DNA of 64,000 nt, taken from assembly GCA_949287595.1 (NCBI GenBank), contig CASEGV010000001.1, positions 129,982-193,981 on the forward strand, written 5' to 3'. The DNA is from an uncultured Mycoplasmatota bacterium (GTDB lineage: Bacteria > Bacillota_I > Bacilli_A > RF39 > UBA660). Position 1 is the first letter of the stretch. Every line of letters begins with the position of its first letter. The translations under genes and the position numbers were made by a program. The notes below the pieces were generated by a model, which was given only the letters and a program-made list of their open reading frames with translations, was not told where the DNA came from and made no database searches. This document shows, one piece after another, positions 54,001 through 63,057 of the stretch.

Positions 54001-56129
54001 CTCAGATTGGTTTAGGAGATGTAGATAATACAAGAGATATAGATAAACCTATATCTACTGCTACACAAAGAGCATTAGATGAATTAGATAGTAGATTAAG
54101 TGAATCTGTAACTACTCATATTGCAGATAAATCTAATCCTCATCAAGTAACAAAAGAACAAGTAGGATTAAGCAATGTAACTAATGACGCTCAGGTTAAA
54201 CGTTCTGAGATGGGAGTTGCTAGTGGTGTTGCTACTCTTGATGAATCTGGAAAAGTTCCTAGTTCTCAATTGCCTTCCTTCGTAGATGATATTGTTGAAG
54301 CAGATAGTCTTGATGAATTCCCAGAAGTTGGAGAAGTTGGAAAGATCTATTTAGCCAAAGATACTAATATCATATATCGTTGGAGTGGATCTAAATACGT
54401 TGAGATATCTTCTTCTTTAGCACTTGGTGAAACTTCTAGTACAGCATATCCTGGAGATAAAGGTAAAGCTACTACTGATAAATTAAATGAGCATATAGCT
54501 AATACTGAAAATCCTCATCAGGTAACAAAAGAACAGGTAGGTTTAGCTAATGTAGATAATACTTCTGATATGGATAAACCTGTATCTACTGCTACTCAAA
54601 CAGCGATAGATAAGGTTAAAGAAGATTTAGAGCAAAGTATTGGAGAAGGAAGTGAAACACTTACTTCACATATAGAAAATAAATCTAATCCTCATGAAGT
54701 AACAAAAGAACAGGTAGGATTAGGCAATGTAGATAATACAGCTGATAAAGATAAACCTGTATCTACTGCTCAGTCAGAAGCTATTAGTGCAGCTAAAGCA
54801 GAAGTAACTAAAAGTATTAATGATCATATTGCTGATGTAAGAAATCCTCATCAGGTAACGAAAGAACAAGTTGGTTTAGGTAATGTAGATAATACTAGTG
54901 ACTTAAATAAACCAGTTTCTAATGCTACTAGAGAAGCTTTATCAGCATTAAGTGATAGTGTTACTCAAATAGTAAATGCTCATGCTCAAAATTATAGCAA
55001 TCCTCATCAGGTAACAAAGGCTCAAGTTGGTCTTGATAGAGTAGACAATACTAATGACTTAGAGAAACCAGTCTCTAATGCAACTCAAGAATTAGTAAAT
55101 AAGATTAAGTTAGATCTTACTACTACAATTACATCTCAAGGAGAAATCTTAAATGCTCATGTTGCAGATAAGAATAATCCTCATAATGTTACTGCTTTCC
55201 AAATTGGATTAGGAAATGTGAATAATACAGCTGATATGGATAAACCTGTATCTACTGCTACACAAATAGCTCTTGATAAGAAAGCAGATTTAGTAGATGG
55301 TAAGGTTCCTACTACTCAATTACCTGATCAAGTTATTCATAGTTTACATTATCGTGGTTTCTGGGATGCTGATATTAATTCTCCTAAGTTAGAGAATGAT
55401 TTAGGAAATAATGCGCAAGAAGGAGATTACTATATTGTAAGAGGAAAAGGTGTAAGATTTGGTTATGAGTTTTTACCTTATGATATTATATTTAATGCTT
55501 ATGGTACTTGGTATCGATTAAGTGGATCAAATCAAAGAGATGAAATTACTAGATTTGATATTACTTCATTTACAGCAAATAAATATGAATGTGAAATTGG
55601 AGAAAATGCTACTATTAGATTTAACTGGGAATATAATGGTTTAGGTGAAGGAGAAAATCCTGAATCTCAAAATATTAACGGTAATGTAGCGGAACCTGCA
55701 TCTAGAACGTTATCAATCACTGACGTTTTAACTGATACTACATTTGTATTATCTGCCGGATATAGAGGTATTTCAGCTAGTGCAGAATTGCAAGTTAAAT
55801 TCTATAGTAAAGTATATGTAGGAACTTCAACTAATAATACTGTTAGTGATTCTGAATTACAAGCTATGACTTCATTCTTTGATAATGAGAAAAATAGTCT
55901 TCCTTTAACTAAGCTTGATTGTACAGGTGGAAAATATATTTATGTTGCAATACCTAAAGTGAATGCAACTAATTATACTATCTATGCAAATAATATCTTA
56001 GTTACTGATGTTGTTGAAACTAGTAGAACTGTTGTAAATGCTTCAGGAGGAAAAGCTGAATATACAATCTACCGATTAAGCAATAAGTATAATGGAATAT
56101 TGAATATTGAAGTTAAATTGAATAAATAA
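48003..56129 (+). CDS. Giant repetitive tail fibre protein (2708 aa)
   Basis: By my count, 16 copies of NPHxVTKxQ(V/I)GLxNVxNT(S/A)DxxKP(V/I)S, several DAQVKRxEMGVAxGVATLDxxGK(V/I)PxSQLP units, and three ~150-190-aa repeats. The N-terminal domain is shared with 57588..59603. Confidence 0.85.
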   Translation: MALKFADRLVSNNPKSYGIARAIEISGHKTVSSLEALYKIPDCILSDSGDNTGDDAIGQEWYVVSEASNYKLISWDNRHSGEGWKSSLGEYVTEDQLQEELKKKQDKLTAGTGINISEDNIISCTLDTEIFIFVDELPPLKEAKFNKIYVLRKTENEGENQKYIEYILTTVYDEAGFESRAWEKLGEYDLGIELEPYLKKEDAEKLYVKKTDIINSLEGGESEQVLGASQGKELKDQIDSLNENTVHSITATEGKGIIIEGTKNDPTIGILRDESSEDFLSLSENGLKLSGVQEAIDAGDNKVREEYKSDLDEMQSHTEYLYNINTLFPNEGMEDNKNQWTLTRAISKLDSLLSDEERLAGIKIKFLSNEDKWRTYTFYGESSEILDESKWNYDLTSKDFIELATTNLPTATQEANGTMSKEDKKKFDTLSEGIEEGVSIVDKINEIVEDTKEVIDNYTVNGYKISENPVLNKEDVGLGNVDNTSDMDKPISTATQEALDELISHTEVLFNIVDLFPGEGQGDNKDQWNLQSAISRLSGTIDSKYKVPGVKIKLITEDGKWRTYTFYGEVFTDVSSWKYDLTSKDFTELATVDLPTATQEANGTMSKEDKKKLDTLSEGIEEGVSIVDKINEIVGDTKEVIDNYTVNGYKISENPVLNKTDIGLGNVTDDAQVKRSEMGVANGVATLDDNGKVPDSQLPDSVLGNVKFMGTWNASTNTPELVEGNEEDNGHYYIVDVPGSQFGFDFDAGDWVINSNGSWSKVDNVDAVKSVNGKDGIVELVIEDIPDLRDELDSKASQVDLEAHTSNTENPHNVTKEQVGLGNVDNTSDMDKPISTATLDALKKLQEHSDIVYNVTSLFPGEGQGDNKDQWTIQLAVSKLDSYADSKYRVPGVKCKFLDTTGVWRTYTYYGEIFADSNSWSYDLTSKDFTELATTNLPTATQEANGTMSKEDKKKLDTLSEGIDENTSIKDIVDEAVNVAKEELQGNIDTVDSKVEAHIADKSNPHQVTKEQVGLGNVTNDAQVKRAEMGIAEGVATLDESGKVPSSQLPDSVLGNVRYSGTWDASKNTPELTDNSPENSGKYYVVSIAGSQFGINFEPGDWVINNGGNWAKVDNVDAVKSVNGKSGEVVIEIADISGLTDELNSKAAQSDLDSVKELTNELNDSLAQPDGIATLDSNGKLVESQIPSKAINVLEGKYINETTFNDRSDSPYTPALGIIYVDITDGSNNNIYRWNGTAFVKLCQTGDIEQDILDHIDNKSNPHEVTKEQIGLENVTNDAQVKRTEMGVAEGVATLDINGKIPTWQLPGQVDEVFGIDHFVDSKDQIPTSRLDIGTTYYAELEKKIFTAISDTSLDEGKTPEKGVIYSNRDTNIIYRWDGTDLVEIGNPIHLGEIAGTAYPGDKGKETTDKVNSHLEDFENPHQVTKAQVGLGDVDNTSDVNKPVSKAQQAALDAVKDELKQNIDSNKEATDNYTINGYKISENPVLDKEDIGLSEVDNTSDLNKPISTATQEALDVLTSGLKAINDSLAQPNGIATLDSNGKLVQAQIPKEAINVLEGKYINETTFNDKQGHPYEPITGVIYVDITSGLGNKMYRWDGSIFAELNQLNDVDSKIDEHISDKNNPHEVTKEQVGLGNVTNDAQVKRSEMGALNGVATLDDNGKIPDSQLPGKVVQVFGIDHFVDSKDQIPTSRLVIGTTYYVKEDKKIYTAISDTTVDEGKTPEKGTIYSNRDTNYIYRWDGTDLVEIGNPIHLGETEGTAYEGNKGKETTDKVNEHVANTENPHNVTKAQVGLANVDNTSDIDKPISTATQEALDKITSDVESHTTNKSNPHEVTKAQVGLGNVDNTADLDKPVSNATKELINSTKDSLTQTITLHIENKNNPHRVTKEQVGLANVDNTADLNKPVSIAQQAAIDKVKSEILPEVDKVNSSLTAHVSSENNPHKVTKAQIGLGNVDDTSDENKPVSLAQEARISKVESDLTAKITIHTSDKNNPHEVTKAQIGLGDVDNTRDIDKPISTATQRALDELDSRLSESVTTHIADKSNPHQVTKEQVGLSNVTNDAQVKRSEMGVASGVATLDESGKVPSSQLPSFVDDIVEADSLDEFPEVGEVGKIYLAKDTNIIYRWSGSKYVEISSSLALGETSSTAYPGDKGKATTDKLNEHIANTENPHQVTKEQVGLANVDNTSDMDKPVSTATQTAIDKVKEDLEQSIGEGSETLTSHIENKSNPHEVTKEQVGLGNVDNTADKDKPVSTAQSEAISAAKAEVTKSINDHIADVRNPHQVTKEQVGLGNVDNTSDLNKPVSNATREALSALSDSVTQIVNAHAQNYSNPHQVTKAQVGLDRVDNTNDLEKPVSNATQELVNKIKLDLTTTITSQGEILNAHVADKNNPHNVTAFQIGLGNVNNTADMDKPVSTATQIALDKKADLVDGKVPTTQLPDQVIHSLHYRGFWDADINSPKLENDLGNNAQEGDYYIVRGKGVRFGYEFLPYDIIFNAYGTWYRLSGSNQRDEITRFDITSFTANKYECEIGENATIRFNWEYNGLGEGENPESQNINGNVAEPASRTLSITDVLTDTTFVLSAGYRGISASAELQVKFYSKVYVGTSTNNTVSDSELQAMTSFFDNEKNSLPLTKLDCTGGKYIYVAIPKVNATNYTIYANNILVTDVVETSRTVVNASGGKAEYTIYRLSNKYNGILNIEVKLNK
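48951..50900 (+). repeat. Three long intragenic repeats (units start near 48951, 49516 and 50544)
   Basis: Each unit reads H(T/S)(E/D)..YN(I/V)..LFP(N/G)EG..DNK(N/D)QW..KWRTYTFYGE..YDLTSKDF.ELAT..LPTATQEANGTMSKEDKKK.DTLSEGI. DNA stretches 49195-49440 and 49745-49990 are about 90% identical. Confidence 0.8.
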
Positions 56130-57112
56130 TGCCAAATAATAATTTAAAAGGAACGGTGCTCTATTCGGGCATCGTTCCATCTAATACAGCTGATGTTTAT
56201 CCTACTCATTCCGCTATATATGGAATGGGTGGATTTAAATCAGTAAAGTCAATTTCTGATAGAGATGCTATTCCAGTTGAAAGATTGGAAGTTGGAGCTA
56301 AAGTATTAGTAACAGATGAAGAAACTGGATATTATGTTCAATCTATAAGTGAAGAAGGGGAAGTTACTTGGGCACTAGATACTAGATTATTTGCCGATAG
56401 ATTATTAGCTACTCCTTCAATATCAGGAACTTGGACATTCAAAGATAATTCTGGAGACGAAGCTACTAAAGAGGAAGTAGGAGTATCTGATGAACATGCT
56501 AAATCAATTACTATTGAAAGAGGTTATAAAGCAAAGTATGTTGGACAGTTTAAATGGTCAAAGACAATTACTAATAAAGCTCCTACATCTTGTAGTGGTG
56601 ATTTAGGAACAAAACTTCCTACTACAGATGTACTATCTGATCCTGTTACTATAGATAACATAACAGCTTCTAGAACAATAAGAGAAACTCTAACTGCAAA
56701 GAAAAAAGGATTTATGGTTAGTGGTTCCTCTGTAGTAGAAGCTACTGGAAATGATAATACTTCTGATCAAGTATCTATTAATATATGGTCAAGGTTGTAT
56801 TATGGAGTAACTACAGCAAGCGCTCCTAATCAAAGTCAAGTGAAAGCTTTGGCTGGATCAAAATTATCTAATAATAACGACTTATCAGTTTCTGGAGTTA
56901 CAGCACAAAGTACAGAATATTATTGTTATGCATTTCCAAAAGATCTTGGAGCACTAACTACTGCTGTACAAAATGGTGCTGCACCTGTACTTGAGGATTT
57001 TAATAGAACTGAAGTTAGTGTTACTAATAATGCTGGTTTAGCTATCACTTATTATGTATACACCTCTAAAAATAAAGGTGCATTCCAAAATGTTAAATTA
57101 GACTTTAAATAA
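56129..57112 (+). CDS. Tail/fibre-module protein (paralogue of the 46498..47991 C-terminal region)
   Basis: Shared C-terminal domain, see 46498..47991. Confidence 0.55.
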   Translation: MPNNNLKGTVLYSGIVPSNTADVYPTHSAIYGMGGFKSVKSISDRDAIPVERLEVGAKVLVTDEETGYYVQSISEEGEVTWALDTRLFADRLLATPSISGTWTFKDNSGDEATKEEVGVSDEHAKSITIERGYKAKYVGQFKWSKTITNKAPTSCSGDLGTKLPTTDVLSDPVTIDNITASRTIRETLTAKKKGFMVSGSSVVEATGNDNTSDQVSINIWSRLYYGVTTASAPNQSQVKALAGSKLSNNNDLSVSGVTAQSTEYYCYAFPKDLGALTTAVQNGAAPVLEDFNRTEVSVTNNAGLAITYYVYTSKNKGAFQNVKLDFK

Positions 57113-57117
57113 TAAAA

Positions 57118-57561
57118 ATGATTGAAAATATATTAGTTCATTATAATACGTATAATACTTTTAAATCAGATTTAGATTCCGGACTAATATCCCAAACATC
57201 GGTATGTTTTATTAAAGATACTAATCAGATATATACACATGGACAGTATTATAATTCATCTAACAATATAGATTCGCAGAAAATAGAATATATTGAAGGG
57301 ACTTCTGACAGTGATGGAGTAATAAGTAGTATAAATTTACCCGAGCCCGAAGAAGGATATGAAAATATGATAATCTCTATTGTATATTACGATACCAATG
57401 CTGGAATGTGGTCTAATTGCGTTTGCTATAAGCCTGCTGGAAACACACAACTTATTACAGGAGGTCCTAAATATGGAGTATCTGTTGTAGTTGGTGGTGT
57501 TGAAGCATATAGATGTGGAAATGCTAAATATAGAGTATTTTATATGAAAATTAAATCTTAA
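57118..57561 (+). CDS. Hypothetical (structural module)
   Basis: Track ORF. Confidence 0.5.
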   Translation: MIENILVHYNTYNTFKSDLDSGLISQTSVCFIKDTNQIYTHGQYYNSSNNIDSQKIEYIEGTSDSDGVISSINLPEPEEGYENMIISIVYYDTNAGMWSNCVCYKPAGNTQLITGGPKYGVSVVVGGVEAYRCGNAKYRVFYMKIKS

Positions 57562-57587
57562 TGAACTTATTTAAATAATAATATAAT

Positions 57588-59603
57588 ATGGCACGTTATC
57601 CTGGAACTCTTGAATCTGCAAATACTAATGAATTTGGTATAGTATTTGCAGATCATATTCAAGGTCATAGAACAGTTGCTAATCTGGAAGCACTATATAA
57701 ATTGTCCGATGCAATTCTTAGTAAATCTAAGAATAATACTGGAAATGATGCAATTGGTCAAGAATGGTATGTAATTTCGGAAAAAAGTGTATATAGATTA
57801 GATGATTGGGCTAATAGAAAACAAGCTAGTGGATGGAGAAAATTGCAAAATGTTGATACTGAATTTGACAGTCTTCAATCTCATGGTGCAGATAAGATAA
57901 AGAATTTTACCACTACTGCAAATGATGTAACCTTGAATTATAATACTTGGAAAAATTCAGAAACTAGTGAAGATGGAACAGCAGTTATTCCTGCTGCAAC
58001 CGGAGATAATGCTGGAGTACTAACAGCTAATGGAAAGGATCAATTAGATCAATTAAATAAAATAGGTTCAGTATCTCACATGAAAGATGCTGGAATATTT
58101 ACTAAATCAGCTAGTAAACTTACATTTAACTATAATTGTATTAGTACAACAGCTGGAGCTACCAGTGCAATTGAAACTAAGTATGAAGATATACCTGCTG
58201 CAACTGGAGATTTAGCCGGTGTATTAACAGCCGATGGAAAAGATCAGTTAGACCAATTAAATAAAATAAGAGAAGTTACTCACTTAAAAGATGGTGGAGT
58301 AATAACTACAGATGCAACTAAGGCTACAATTCACTATACATGCATTGATACAACAGCTGGAGCTACTAGTGAAACTGTAGAAAAAACTGCAGATATTCCA
58401 GCAGCTAGTTTAACCAATGCTGGAATGTTAGCTGCTGATCAGAGGAATCAGCTTGAACAGTTGAATAAATTAGGAGCAATATCTAAGATAAATGATTCAG
58501 ATGATGATACTACTCCTACATTTACTACTACAGAAGATACAGTAACTTTAAACTATAAGAATATATCATCAACAGCTGGAGCTAATTCTTCAGTAGTTAC
58601 TAAAACTGCAGATATTCCTGTAGTAACTCAGTCTAAAGCAGGAATAATGACATCAGCTGATAAAATTAATTTAGATATAACTATTCCTAATAAAATATCT
58701 GCTGAAACTAGTAGAGCTACTACTAAGGAAAATCAATTAGAGTCTACTATTAATAGTAATAAGGGAACTATAGATAATTATACTGTTAATGGTATAAAAA
58801 TATCTACTAATCCAGTAATAACTGGTGCTAATGCAAAAGTTACTGGATATACTAAACCTTCATCTACATCTGCTATCGCTGCTACAGATAGTATTAATGC
58901 CGCTTTAGGTAAGTTAGAGAAAAAAGCAGATGACCATATAGCAAATAAATCTAATCCTCATGGAGTAACTAAAGCTCAAGTAGGTTTAGGAAACTGTGAT
59001 AATACTAGTGACTTAAATAAGCCTATATCTACAGCTACACAAACTGCTTTAAATTCTAAGGTACAAACTGTAGAAGTCACAGGTACTGGTAATGCTATAA
59101 CAGCTGCATCTATTAGTGGAACTAAATTAACTTTAACTAAAGGTGCTACATATAATAATCAAACTTATACAGCTGGAACTAACTTAAGTTTATCAGGAAA
59201 TACATTTAGTTTAAATAGTACTATATCATTAACAAGAGTAAATGCTTCTAGTGGATTTTTTCAAACTTCTGATAAGAGATTGAAATCTGACATAAAACCG
59301 CTAGATCATTCTCTTGAAGATATTTGTTCTATCCCTACAGATTCATTTATCTTAAATGGAAAGAATGATTTTGGAACTATTGCACAAGAAGTTGAAGATA
59401 AATTTCCAGAACTAGTTTCTGAAGCTAGATTAAAAGAATCTGATGTAGATGAGCCTAGCAAGTTTGATAAAGTAGAAATTAACGGCGAATCTTATGTTTT
59501 AGTAAAAGAGGTAGATTATTCAAAGCTTAGTATATTAGCTATTGAAGGAATTAAACTTCTTAAGAAAGAAATAGAGGAGCTTAAAAAACAACTTAATAAA
59601 TAA
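57588..59603 (+). CDS. Tail fibre with a C-terminal intramolecular chaperone (peptidase S74-like) domain
   Basis: N-terminus is homologous to the giant fibre (GHRTVANLEALYK..NDAIGQEWYV). Repeats PAATGD.AGVLTA.GKDQLDQLNKI. C-terminal SDKRLKSDIKPL..FGTIAQEVEDKFPELV..DYSKLSILAIEGIKLLKKEIEELK fits the S74 autoproteolytic chaperone domain. Confidence 0.8.
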   Translation: MARYPGTLESANTNEFGIVFADHIQGHRTVANLEALYKLSDAILSKSKNNTGNDAIGQEWYVISEKSVYRLDDWANRKQASGWRKLQNVDTEFDSLQSHGADKIKNFTTTANDVTLNYNTWKNSETSEDGTAVIPAATGDNAGVLTANGKDQLDQLNKIGSVSHMKDAGIFTKSASKLTFNYNCISTTAGATSAIETKYEDIPAATGDLAGVLTADGKDQLDQLNKIREVTHLKDGGVITTDATKATIHYTCIDTTAGATSETVEKTADIPAASLTNAGMLAADQRNQLEQLNKLGAISKINDSDDDTTPTFTTTEDTVTLNYKNISSTAGANSSVVTKTADIPVVTQSKAGIMTSADKINLDITIPNKISAETSRATTKENQLESTINSNKGTIDNYTVNGIKISTNPVITGANAKVTGYTKPSSTSAIAATDSINAALGKLEKKADDHIANKSNPHGVTKAQVGLGNCDNTSDLNKPISTATQTALNSKVQTVEVTGTGNAITAASISGTKLTLTKGATYNNQTYTAGTNLSLSGNTFSLNSTISLTRVNASSGFFQTSDKRLKSDIKPLDHSLEDICSIPTDSFILNGKNDFGTIAQEVEDKFPELVSEARLKESDVDEPSKFDKVEINGESYVLVKEVDYSKLSILAIEGIKLLKKEIEELKKQLNK

Positions 59604-59612
59604 CATTAATAG

Positions 59613-59650
59613 ATAGGGAGGAGACTTATAACCTCTTCCCTATTATTTTA
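59613..59650 (+). terminator. Hairpin terminator
   Basis: ATAGGGAGGAG-(9 nt)-CTCTTCCCTAT followed by TATTTT. Confidence 0.5.
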
Positions 59651-59657
59651 ATATATT

Positions 59658-62387
59658 ATGGCAGCTCGAATTGTTTTAAAGAAAAATGAAGAATATTTTA
59701 GTACTGAAGAAGAAGCACTACAGGCTTTAAGAAATATTATATTTCAAAAAGGTGAACCTGCAGTAGCAATATATGGAAAAACTGAAGAAGATGCTAGAGT
59801 AATTCTTGCAATAGGTAAAGATAATGGAGTTGGAGATTCTTGTTTTGATGTAATTGCTACAACTCAATCTATAGATAATATATCTTCTATAATTAATTCA
59901 TTAGAGAATTCATTTAGTTCTCATGAATTATTATTAGCTAATGGGGATACTGTAGGACATGTAAAATCTAGTAATGATATAACATTTACTGATGGTGGTG
60001 GTATAGTTAATTCTGCAGGGAAAGTAAAAAATAAATTAATTTTTCAAGGAGGTTCAACAGGAGAATTTGATGGATCTAATAAGGTTACAATTAATATTCC
60101 ATTATCTAGTAATGAAACTCCAAAAATAAATTCAGGTAGTGGATCTCCTGGAACAAAAAATGATTGGTCAAGAGCTGATCATGTACATCCAGAGCAGATT
60201 AATATATCAGGAAATTCAGGAACAACTACTAAATTTCAAAATCCAAAATCTATAACTATTAAAGGAGCTGTTAATGGTAATGTTAGATCAGATTTTAGTG
60301 GAGATGTTGTAATTAATACTACACTCTCAGATCATACACACAGTATATCTCAGATTACTAATTTAACCGATGAGTTAAATAATAAAGCTCCTATTAATAA
60401 TCCAGTATTCACAGGGGTACCACAAGCACCAACAGCAAGTAAAGGAACTAATACTAAGCAACTAGCTACTACAGAATTTGTTATAGCAGAAATTCAAGAT
60501 AAGATACAGGCAGCAATAGCTCTTAGGTTTAAAGGAACTATAGGTAATGGTGGAACAATAACTGAATTGCCAAGTTCTCATACTACTGGAGATGTTTATC
60601 TATCTTTAATGGGTGCTCCAAATGTAGGAGATGAAGTATTAGAGCCAGGAGACTTAGTTATTTGTATAAAAGATGGATCTGAGAAAAATGACCTAGATTG
60701 GACTGTTGTTCAAACAAATATTGATGGCGCTGTAGTTGGGCCGTCAAGTTGTGTAAATGATAATATTCCAATTTTTAATGGAAATACTGGAAAATTAATA
60801 AAGGATTCAGGATTATCCTTATCTAATTTAGCAAAAACTTCTATAGCTATTCTTCCAGGAAAAGGTTTAGTTGGAGGAGGTGATCTAGGATCTACTAGAA
60901 CATTATCACATCAAGATAAACCATCTTCTGGGAATGATGCTGGAGGTAATGGTTCTTTTGTTACTGCTGTAAAGATAGATGATTTAGGACATGTAGTAGA
61001 AACATCTAAGGTATCATTAAGTGGGTCAGTTACTGCAGAATCTGGAAAATATATATCAAGTGTTAATCTTTCTGGAACTAAGTTATCAGGAACTACTTCA
61101 GATTTACCAAGATTATCAGTTTCTGGGGGAGAAGAAATATCTAATAACTATGTAACTGGAATATCTGTTGATGATCACTCTATAAAGGTTACTAAATCTC
61201 AATTAATAATACCTAATGTAGTTATTGATAATGGGGAAGAAGAAGATAATAAGTATATATCTTCAATTACATCTGAAGGGCATAACATAACTGTATCTAA
61301 AGTTTCTTTACCAGAAGAGTCCGGAAAAGTAAAAGTAACTGCAAATGGTCCTGCTGACTATCTATCTGAGAAAATAAAAACAGTTAGTAGAGAGAATAAT
61401 ATTTATCCAATTAACATTGAACATACTGATGAGGATATAGAATTAGGTATTACTATAGATAAAATTGATGGATCTGTATCAGATATTATTAGTAAAATTA
61501 TTCCAGAGTCTTCTACTCCTAACTTGAGTAATAAAGGAGAAATTGGTATTAGATTTAGTAATGATGGAACGTATGGATACCTTTATTCTAATTCAGGTAA
61601 TAGTACTATAAGACTTTATCCAAATGCTACAGAAACATTAGATGGATTAATGTCTAAGGAAGATAAAGTTAGACTAAACAATTTAGAAGATTCTACAATA
61701 GGAGGAATCAATAATAAAATAACAGAAGTATCTAATAAAGTTAATCAAGAAATTATTGATAGAGAGAATGCAGATACTCAATTAAATACTAAAATAGACG
61801 AAACTAATAGTAGCTTAGAAGAAAAAATAAATAATTTAGATACAAAAGTAGATAATCTAAGAGTAGTAAAATCTATTCAATTAGGTACTAATAAAGAATT
61901 ACTATATCCTTCTAGCGATGGAAATTTAATTATAAATGAAGTCTCCGGAGTTGATGGGAATCCCCCTGGACTTATGAATAATGCAGATAAAATAAAGTTA
62001 GATAGAATTATTTTTAATGGAGATGGGGAAAATTTTTTATCTAATTCTGGATATAAGACAATTCAAATAAGTAATGTATATAATTTAAATAGTGAATTAA
62101 GTAATATAAAAAGTTCTATTGAAAAAGTAAAAGATACTATTGGAACTTCAGAAGACGGATCTTTACCGAGTTTATCTGGAACAAATTATTTAAATGGAAA
62201 AACAACTATAATTGATTGTCTTAAAGCATTAGATTCACAAATAAAACTAATTTCTGATAAAATAGATTCTCACATAAGTAATAGTAATAATCCTCATAAT
62301 GTTACTAGAGATCAATTATCTCTTGGAGAAAATAATGAAGTTAGATTTAAAAAAGTATCATCTACAGATGGTTTTTTCGATGTATAA
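59658..62387 (+). CDS. Tail fibre protein (909 aa)
   Basis: NPVFTGVPQAPTASKGTNTKQLATTEFV (a common fibre motif), WSRADHVHP and DHTHSISQITNL His motifs, a C-terminal NNPHNVTRDQLSLG unit. Confidence 0.75.
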   Translation: MAARIVLKKNEEYFSTEEEALQALRNIIFQKGEPAVAIYGKTEEDARVILAIGKDNGVGDSCFDVIATTQSIDNISSIINSLENSFSSHELLLANGDTVGHVKSSNDITFTDGGGIVNSAGKVKNKLIFQGGSTGEFDGSNKVTINIPLSSNETPKINSGSGSPGTKNDWSRADHVHPEQINISGNSGTTTKFQNPKSITIKGAVNGNVRSDFSGDVVINTTLSDHTHSISQITNLTDELNNKAPINNPVFTGVPQAPTASKGTNTKQLATTEFVIAEIQDKIQAAIALRFKGTIGNGGTITELPSSHTTGDVYLSLMGAPNVGDEVLEPGDLVICIKDGSEKNDLDWTVVQTNIDGAVVGPSSCVNDNIPIFNGNTGKLIKDSGLSLSNLAKTSIAILPGKGLVGGGDLGSTRTLSHQDKPSSGNDAGGNGSFVTAVKIDDLGHVVETSKVSLSGSVTAESGKYISSVNLSGTKLSGTTSDLPRLSVSGGEEISNNYVTGISVDDHSIKVTKSQLIIPNVVIDNGEEEDNKYISSITSEGHNITVSKVSLPEESGKVKVTANGPADYLSEKIKTVSRENNIYPINIEHTDEDIELGITIDKIDGSVSDIISKIIPESSTPNLSNKGEIGIRFSNDGTYGYLYSNSGNSTIRLYPNATETLDGLMSKEDKVRLNNLEDSTIGGINNKITEVSNKVNQEIIDRENADTQLNTKIDETNSSLEEKINNLDTKVDNLRVVKSIQLGTNKELLYPSSDGNLIINEVSGVDGNPPGLMNNADKIKLDRIIFNGDGENFLSNSGYKTIQISNVYNLNSELSNIKSSIEKVKDTIGTSEDGSLPSLSGTNYLNGKTTIIDCLKALDSQIKLISDKIDSHISNSNNPHNVTRDQLSLGENNEVRFKKVSSTDGFFDV

Positions 62388-62399
62388 TATAGTACAACT

Positions 62400-62720
62400 A
62401 TGAAAAAAATTATATATTCAGTATTATTAGCTATTTTTATTCTTTTTATTGTATCTTGTGCAACTAAAAGAAAGTTTTTAACTACTTTTTTCGAAATATA
62501 TACAAATACCCCAGAAAATGTAATAGATAGTATTTGTGCTAGCAATCTAATCCCTGAAAGTAATTTTTATAATTGGAGTAAAAGTATGTATTTTGGATCT
62601 GATTCCGTTATAACAGAGCAATATGTTAAATATATTCAAAAAGAAGATACTACATACATATTCTCAGTAACAAAGGAAAAAGGTGATAGTATTTATTTTA
62701 TAAAATTTAGAAAGGAGTAA
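62400..62720 (+). CDS. Putative lipoprotein
   Basis: MKKIIYSVLLAIFILFIVSC, a lipobox-like leader. Confidence 0.55.
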   Translation: MKKIIYSVLLAIFILFIVSCATKRKFLTTFFEIYTNTPENVIDSICASNLIPESNFYNWSKSMYFGSDSVITEQYVKYIQKEDTTYIFSVTKEKGDSIYFIKFRKE

Positions 62721-62724
62721 ACAT

Positions 62725-63039
62725 ATGGACATTATATCATGTTTTGAAACTTTTGCTGCAGTAGTAGCATTAATCCCAGTAGTAACTGAAGGAATTAAAA
62801 GTTTAATTAAAAAAGAATTACCTAGTTGGGCAAACCAATTAATATCTTGGATAGTTGCTTTATTAATAGCAATATTTGGACAGTTCTTTAACCTCGGCGT
62901 ATTTGCTGATGTAAATTGGTGGCAATCTTTAATTATTGGAGCTTTTGCAGGACTAGCATCTAATGGTATTTGGGATATTAATGTTGTACAGCAATTATTA
63001 AAACTTATTTTCAGTAAAATTAAAGTAAGTAGTAAATAA
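62725..63039 (+). CDS. Holin-like small membrane protein
   Basis: 104 aa, three hydrophobic segments, immediately upstream of the peptidase gene. Confidence 0.5.
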   Translation: MDIISCFETFAAVVALIPVVTEGIKSLIKKELPSWANQLISWIVALLIAIFGQFFNLGVFADVNWWQSLIIGAFAGLASNGIWDINVVQQLLKLIFSKIKVSSK

Positions 63040-63057
63040 ATTTTAAAAAATTAATCT

